Source: Spirochaetia bacterium
GTDB taxonomy: Bacteria; Spirochaetota; Spirochaetia; SZUA-6; Bin103
NCBI GenBank assembly: GCA_965199955.1
Contig: CBDATQ010000002.1
Coordinates: 320,001-384,000, forward strand
Length of the DNA: 64,000 nucleotides
Direction of reading: 5' to 3'
The notes under the pieces are model-generated. The model did not search any database. It worked only from the letters and a program-made list of their open reading frames with translations, and was not told the origin of the DNA. The position numbers and the translations under genes are program-made. Below, in pieces: positions 58,725 through 64,000 of the stretch (the stretch's first letter is position 1; each line of letters starts with the position of its first letter).

Positions 58725-60086
58725 ATGACGCGCACGACACTCGATCGACCTGGACTGGATCAACTGGTATCGCTCTGCAAGCGGCGGGGGTTCGTCTACC
58801 CGTCGAGCGACATTTACGGCGGCCTTGCCTCCGCGTGGGACTACGGACCGCTCGGCGTGCAGCTCAAGAACAACCTGCGCGACCGCTGGTGGCGGACCAT
58901 GACGCGTGGCGAGCTGCCGGTCGTCGGCCTGGACGCGGCCATCCTCATGCACCCGCGCGTGTGGGAGGCCTCCGGTCACACCAGCGCCTTCAACGATCCG
59001 CTGGTGGACTGCCGCAACTGCAAGGCGCGGTTCCGCGCCGACCACCTTGAGGACCCGGCCGGCCGCTGCCCGCAGTGCGGGAAGGCGGAGCTGACCGAGG
59101 CGCGCCAGTTCAACATGATGATGCGCACCACGCTGGGTCCGGTGGAGGACGGCGGTGCCAACGTCTACCTGCGCCCGGAGACCGCGCAGGGCGCCTACGT
59201 CAACTTCAAGAACGTGGTGCAGTCCGGGCGCGTCAAGGTGCCGTTCGGGATCGCCCAGGTCGGCAAGGCGTTCCGCAACGAGATCACGACCAAGAGCTTC
59301 ATCTTCCGCACATGCGAGTTCGAGCAGATGGAGATGCAGTTCTTCGTGCATCCGAATGAGGACGAGCGCTGGTTCGAGCACTGGCGGGAAGCGCGCTTCC
59401 GCTACTACACCGACCTGGGCATCGAGCCGTCCCGGCTGCGGCTGCGGCCGCACGGGCCGGACGAGATCGCCCATTACGCGAAGGTCGCCGTGGACATCGA
59501 ATACGACTTCCCGATGGGGTGGCAGGAGCTGGAGGGGATCCACAATCGCACCGACTTCGACCTGCGCCGGCACTCCGAGCTGTCGGGCAAGGACCTGACC
59601 TACCTCGACGACGGCAGCTCCGGGGGCACGCAGGGTGAGCGGCTCGTCCCGTATGTGATCGAGACCGCGGTGGGGCTGACCCGCACCGTGCTGGCGGTGC
59701 TGGCCGACGCCTACGACGAGGACGAGGTGGAAGGGGAGAAGCGTACGGTGATGCGCTTTCACCCGGCGATCGCTCCGATCACGGTGGCGGTGTTCCCGCT
59801 GCTCAAGAAGGACGGGCTGGCCGAGCTGGCCCGCGAGGTGGCCGCCGACCTGCGGGCCGACCATGATACCTTCTACGACCAGGGCGGCGCCATCGGCCGG
59901 CGCTACCGCCGCCAGGACGAGATCGGCACGCCGTACTGCGTCACGGTCGACCACCAGAGCAGGGACGACGGAACGGTGACCGTGCGGCTGCGCGACTCGA
60001 TGAAACAGGTCCGCGTCCATCGCGACGCGCTGCGGGGGCAGCTCGCCGAGCTGACGGCCGGCTACTCCCGCGCGGACGGCTCCTGA
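58725..60086 (+). CDS. glyQS: Glycine--tRNA ligase, alpha2 type
   Basis: KRRGF, DYGPLG, YLRPETAQG, FRNEI, EFEQME, IGRRYRRQDEIGTP. Confidence 0.97.
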   Translation: MTRTTLDRPGLDQLVSLCKRRGFVYPSSDIYGGLASAWDYGPLGVQLKNNLRDRWWRTMTRGELPVVGLDAAILMHPRVWEASGHTSAFNDPLVDCRNCKARFRADHLEDPAGRCPQCGKAELTEARQFNMMMRTTLGPVEDGGANVYLRPETAQGAYVNFKNVVQSGRVKVPFGIAQVGKAFRNEITTKSFIFRTCEFEQMEMQFFVHPNEDERWFEHWREARFRYYTDLGIEPSRLRLRPHGPDEIAHYAKVAVDIEYDFPMGWQELEGIHNRTDFDLRRHSELSGKDLTYLDDGSSGGTQGERLVPYVIETAVGLTRTVLAVLADAYDEDEVEGEKRTVMRFHPAIAPITVAVFPLLKKDGLAELAREVAADLRADHDTFYDQGGAIGRRYRRQDEIGTPYCVTVDHQSRDDGTVTVRLRDSMKQVRVHRDALRGQLAELTAGYSRADGS

Positions 60087-61315
60087 TGGACGTGCTGACC
60101 ACCCTGACCCGGCGCGGGCTGATCAAGCAGACCACGGATGCAGCGGCGCTTTCCAAGGTGCTGGAGCGCGATCGCGTCACGTTCTACCTCGGCATCGACC
60201 CCACCGGGCCCAGCCTGCACGCCGGCCACTTGGTCGGTCTGCTTGCCATGGCGCATTTGCAGCGCGCCGGACACCAGCCGGTGCTGCTGATCGGCGGCGC
60301 CACCGCCCGCGTGGGCGATCCGTCGGACAAGGACGACATGCGGCCGCTGCTGCCGGTGGAGACCGTCGTTCGCAACGCCGAGCTGATGCAGCGGCAGGTG
60401 GGCCGCATCATCGACCTCGGCCAGACCACCGTGGTCGACAACGCCACCTGGCTCGCCGAGCTTGGCTACCTGGACTTCCTGCGCGAGATCGGCCCCCGCT
60501 TCTCCGTGAACCGGATGCTCGGCTTCGAGACCTACCGCCGCCGCCTGGAGACCGGCCTCTCCTTCCTGGAATTCAACTATCTGCTGCTGCAGGCGTACGA
60601 CTTCCTGGAGCTGCACCGCCGCCACGGATGCCTGCTGCAGATCGGCGGCGATGATCAATGGGCGAACATCCTGGCCGGCGTCGACCTGATCCGGCGCGTG
60701 GAGCGGGTCGAGGCGCACGCCCTGACCTGGCCGCTGGTTACGACCGCGGACGGCAAGAAGATGGGCAAGACGGCCGCGGGCGCGCTGTTCCTGGACCCGG
60801 AGCTGGTTACGCCGTACCAGTTCTACCAGTACTGGATCAACGTCCCGGACGCCGACGTCGGTACGCTGCTAGCGCTGCTGACGCTGCTGCCGGACGCCGA
60901 GGTGGAGGAGCTTGGCGGCCTGCGCGACCGTGCTGTGCTTGCGGCCAAGGAGCGGCTGGCGATGGAGCTGACCACCCTCGTGCACGGCGCCAAGGAGGCC
61001 GAGCGCACCCGCCAGGCCAGCCGGGCGCTGTTCGCCGGCAGCGGAAGCGACAGCGGCGCCATCCCGAGCTCGCCGCTGGACGCGGCGGAGATGGTGTCCG
61101 GCGTCACGCTGGTCGAGTTGCTGGTGCGGGGCGGACTCGTGTCCAGCCGTTCCGACGCCCGTCGGCTGATCTCGCAAGGGGGCGCCTACCTTGACGGGCG
61201 GCAGTGGACGGACATGGACCGGCCGGTCGCGGCGGCGGACGTCTCGGACGGGCAACTCGTCGTGCGCGCCGGCAAGAAGCGGCACCATCGATTCGTGATC
61301 GGGAGTGGTTCCTGA
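60086..61315 (+). CDS. tyrS: Tyrosine--tRNA ligase
   Basis: GIDPTGPSLHAGH, LQAYDF, QIGGDDQW, KMGKT, S4-like C-terminus. Confidence 0.97.
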   Translation: MDVLTTLTRRGLIKQTTDAAALSKVLERDRVTFYLGIDPTGPSLHAGHLVGLLAMAHLQRAGHQPVLLIGGATARVGDPSDKDDMRPLLPVETVVRNAELMQRQVGRIIDLGQTTVVDNATWLAELGYLDFLREIGPRFSVNRMLGFETYRRRLETGLSFLEFNYLLLQAYDFLELHRRHGCLLQIGGDDQWANILAGVDLIRRVERVEAHALTWPLVTTADGKKMGKTAAGALFLDPELVTPYQFYQYWINVPDADVGTLLALLTLLPDAEVEELGGLRDRAVLAAKERLAMELTTLVHGAKEAERTRQASRALFAGSGSDSGAIPSSPLDAAEMVSGVTLVELLVRGGLVSSRSDARRLISQGGAYLDGRQWTDMDRPVAAADVSDGQLVVRAGKKRHHRFVIGSGS

Positions 61316-61358
61316 AGGCCCTGGGCCGCCGTCCCGGCATCTTCCAGGCCGGCAAGTC

Positions 61359-61388
61359 TTGACGATCGCTTCGCCGCACTGGTAGCTT
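61359..61388 (+). promoter_or_regulatory. rpsT promoter (leaderless or very short leader)
   Basis: TTGACG-N18-TAGCTT-N8-ATG, no SD. Confidence 0.65.
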
Positions 61389-61396
61389 GGCTGGCG

Positions 61397-61666
61397 ATGC
61401 CCGCGAAACTCTCCGCTGCCAAGCGCCAGCGTCAGAACAGCGCGCGCCGGTTGCGCAACCGCACCGTGCGCAGCCGCATGCGTACCGCGATTCGATCTTT
61501 CGTCGATTCCCTGGACGGGGACCGGTCCGAAGCCGTCGAGCGGCTTGGCCATGCCGTGCGCGCCGTGGACAAGGCCGCCTCGAAGGGCGTGGTGCACCGG
61601 CGCACGGCCGCGCGTTACAAGCGCCGCTTGGCCGGGCGCCTGCGGCGGCGGTTCGCGGCGACCTAA
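61397..61666 (+). CDS. rpsT: 30S ribosomal protein S20
   Basis: SAAKRQRQ...RN...RSRMRTAIR, DKAASKGVVH...AAR. Confidence 0.95.
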   Translation: MPAKLSAAKRQRQNSARRLRNRTVRSRMRTAIRSFVDSLDGDRSEAVERLGHAVRAVDKAASKGVVHRRTAARYKRRLAGRLRRRFAAT

Positions 61667-61696
61667 GCGACGTGCCGGGCCACAAGGAGCGATCTG

Positions 61697-62032
61697 GTGG
61701 CGGTTGAGGGGACAGACAGAACTGACAGGACGGACCGGGCTGACAAGCTGACCAAGGCGGAGATCATCGAGAGCATCTATGCCGAGGTGCCGGTCAGCAA
61801 GAAAAACATCCATCGCATCCTGGATCTGTTCTTCGACCAGGTGAAGGGCGGGATCATCGGCCAGCGCGCCGTGGAGTTGCGTGGCTTCGGCACCTTTGAG
61901 CTGAAACCGCGCAAGGGCCGGGTCGCGCGCAATCCGCGCACCGGCGAACGGGTCGAGGTGGAGAACCATGGCGTGGCTTCGTTCCGCCCGGGACGCGAGC
62001 TGAAGGAGCGTGCCTGGTCCAGCCAGGTGTGA
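61697..62032 (+). CDS. HU/IHF-family DNA-binding protein (Hbb-like)
   Basis: LTKAEII, ELRGFGTF, ARNPRTGE, FRPGRELK; AAGGAG SD. Confidence 0.95.
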   Translation: MAVEGTDRTDRTDRADKLTKAEIIESIYAEVPVSKKNIHRILDLFFDQVKGGIIGQRAVELRGFGTFELKPRKGRVARNPRTGERVEVENHGVASFRPGRELKERAWSSQV

Positions 62033-62048
62033 CACCTCGACATTCACC

Positions 62049-63710
62049 GTGGCCGATCTGACCCGGTCGGCCAACCCCGGCCGGGCGGCACGCCGCTCCA
62101 CCGGCAAGACGTCGCGGCAGGTGGTGGCAGAGGTCACCGCGTTGACGCTGTCCGCGGCCCTGTTCGCGTTGTCATTCCCCAATCCGCTCTCCGCGTGGGG
62201 GTGGTATCCGCTCGCCTTCGTGGCGCTGGCGCCCCCGTTCTGGGTGATCGGCAAGTCGCCCTGGAGCCGTGTCGTCCTGTACGGCGTGTTGTACGGCTTC
62301 GGCAGCTACGCCCTGTTCAACTACTGGCTGTCGACCTTCCACGCGCTGGCGCTGCTGTTCGTGCCCACCATCCACCTGCTCTACATGGCGGTGCTGTTTC
62401 CCGCGCTGAAGCTGGTCACCGACCGATTCCCTCGCCATGCGCCGCTCTGGCAGGCGGTGCTCTGGGTGGCCTACGAATACCTGAAGACGCAGGGGTTCCT
62501 GGGGTACTCGTACGGCGTCATCGGGTACACGCAGTATCTGTTCGGGCCGCTGGTCCGCTCCGCGGCGTTCGCGGGCGTGTGGGGCGTGTCGCTGCTGGTG
62601 GTGCTGGCCAATAGCTACGTCGCGCACCTGGTGGCGGAGCTGCGGCCGCGGGGCGACCTGTGGCGGCGCTTCGGCCGGCTCCTGCGGGCGCGGCCACTGG
62701 TTCCGGCGATCTGGACCCTGCTGTTCGCCGTTGCCGTCGTCTACGGCGCGGCGCTGCCGATCGACTACGGCGACAGCCCCCGGTGGCGGGTCGCCCTGGT
62801 TCAGCAGAACATCGATCCGTGGCGCGGCGGATACCTCGCCTACGAACGATCCCTGCACGTCCTGCTGAGGCAGAGCCGGCAGGCGCTGGCCCAGAACCCC
62901 GACGCCGTGATCTGGTCCGAGACGTCGTTCGTGCCCGGTATTGACTGGCACACGCGCTACCGCGCGCGCGACCAGGAATCGATCAGGAAGTACGAGCTGG
63001 TCCGCCAGCTCCGGGCGTTCCTGGACGAGCAGACGGTGCCGTTCGTCGTCGGCAACGACGACGGCCAGAAGAGGCGCACTGCCGCGGGCGACGTGCGGGT
63101 GGACTACAACGCGGCGCTGCTGTACCAGGGTGGCGAGATCGTCCAGACATACCGCAAGCTGCACCTGGTGCCGTTCACCGAGCACTACCCGGACTGGGGC
63201 CCCCGGTTCCTTCGCGATCTGCTGGAGGACTTCGATACCCATTTCTGGAAACACGGCGACGAGTGGACGGTCTTCGATGCCGGCGGGGTCCGCTTCTCCA
63301 CTCCGATCTGCTTCGAGGACACCTTCGGCTATCTGAACCGTGAATTCGTCAACCGCGGCGCGCAGGTGATCGTCAACATGACCAACGACACGTGGTCCGG
63401 TTCCGTACCCGCGGAGATGCAGCACTTCGCCATGGCCGTGTTTCGCGCTACCGAAAACCGCAGAAGCGTCGTGCGCGCGGCAAACAGCGGCATCACGGCC
63501 ATCGTCGAGCCCTCGGGGCGGATCACCGCAACGCTGGAGCCGTTCGTCGAGGCCACTCTGATCGGCGAGGTGCCGGTCTTCGATGCCGCGACTACGCTGT
63601 ACTCCCGCGCGGGCGACTGGCTGGGAGTTGCGCTGACCGCAGCGGCGCTCCTGCTGATCGCGGGCGCCCTGGGCGGAGCCGTTCTACGCCGGTGGCGCGA
63701 TGCGCGTTGA
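62049..63710 (+). CDS. lnt: Apolipoprotein N-acyltransferase
   Basis: N-terminal TM bundle; E-K-C triad WSET, KLHLVPFTE, ICFED; TND, RATENR...RAANSG. Start uncertain. Confidence 0.94.
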   Translation: MADLTRSANPGRAARRSTGKTSRQVVAEVTALTLSAALFALSFPNPLSAWGWYPLAFVALAPPFWVIGKSPWSRVVLYGVLYGFGSYALFNYWLSTFHALALLFVPTIHLLYMAVLFPALKLVTDRFPRHAPLWQAVLWVAYEYLKTQGFLGYSYGVIGYTQYLFGPLVRSAAFAGVWGVSLLVVLANSYVAHLVAELRPRGDLWRRFGRLLRARPLVPAIWTLLFAVAVVYGAALPIDYGDSPRWRVALVQQNIDPWRGGYLAYERSLHVLLRQSRQALAQNPDAVIWSETSFVPGIDWHTRYRARDQESIRKYELVRQLRAFLDEQTVPFVVGNDDGQKRRTAAGDVRVDYNAALLYQGGEIVQTYRKLHLVPFTEHYPDWGPRFLRDLLEDFDTHFWKHGDEWTVFDAGGVRFSTPICFEDTFGYLNREFVNRGAQVIVNMTNDTWSGSVPAEMQHFAMAVFRATENRRSVVRAANSGITAIVEPSGRITATLEPFVEATLIGEVPVFDAATTLYSRAGDWLGVALTAAALLLIAGALGGAVLRRWRDAR

Positions 63711-63743
63711 CAGGGGCATGCCGGACGGGATGATGATCATCCC

Positions 63744-64000
63744 GTGACCGGTGACAAGATTTTGATCGTCGACGACGAAGCCACGAACGTCGAGATCTTC
63801 GACCTGATGCTGTCGAAGCTCGGCTTCTCCACGGATACCGCCTCGGACGGGGTGGAGGCACTGGAGAAGCTGCCGAGCTTCCGTCCGGCGCTGATCCTGT
63901 TGGACAACATGATGCCGCGGATGACCGGTTGGGAGGTGACGCGGAGGATCAAGCACGGTGACGATCTGGCCGCGTACCGCGACGTGTCGATCATCATGTT
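63744..64000 (+). CDS. Response regulator receiver domain, truncated by the window edge
   Basis: Not in the ORF track. My translation: MTGDKILIVDDEATNVEIFDLMLSKLGFSTDTASDGVEALEKLPSFRPALILLDNMMPRMTGWEV. Confidence 0.9.
   Translation, partial: MTGDKILIVDDEATNVEIFDLMLSKLGFSTDTASDGVEALEKLPSFRPALILLDNMMPRMTGWEVTRRIKHGDDLAAYRDVSIIM

Overview
Very GC-rich chromosomal backbone. Gene order and protein flavour point to a Spirochaetota genome (inference from recalled Borrelia/Treponema synteny: cysS-ECF sigma-anti-sigma; groEL-hyp-yajC-secDF; degT-like-nadK-recN; short dcw cluster followed by xerD-dprA-xerC-hslVU; gltX-glyQS-tyrS; rpsT-HU-lnt). It holds about 55 CDS (mostly housekeeping) and two tRNAs (Cys-GCA, Ile-GAT). 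I found no CRISPR array, prophage, IS element or rRNA. Main observations: (1) hslU is followed after about 350 bp by a FliA/WhiG sigma-28 gene, so the flagellar superoperon that lies there in motile spirochetes appears absent, leaving an orphan sigma-28 and a small promoter-bearing ORF. (2) Two adjacent EF-G paralogs show complementary degeneration. (3) One protein carries two intact CDP-alcohol phosphotransferase domains. (4) Non-standard translation initiation looks widespread: a probable leaderless ATC start for cysS, CTGA-coupled CTG starts for rsmH and xerD, and leaderless secA, bioY and rpsT. (5) Several predicted pseudo-enzymes and many short tandem duplications occur. All calls come from reading motifs by eye; no database search was run.
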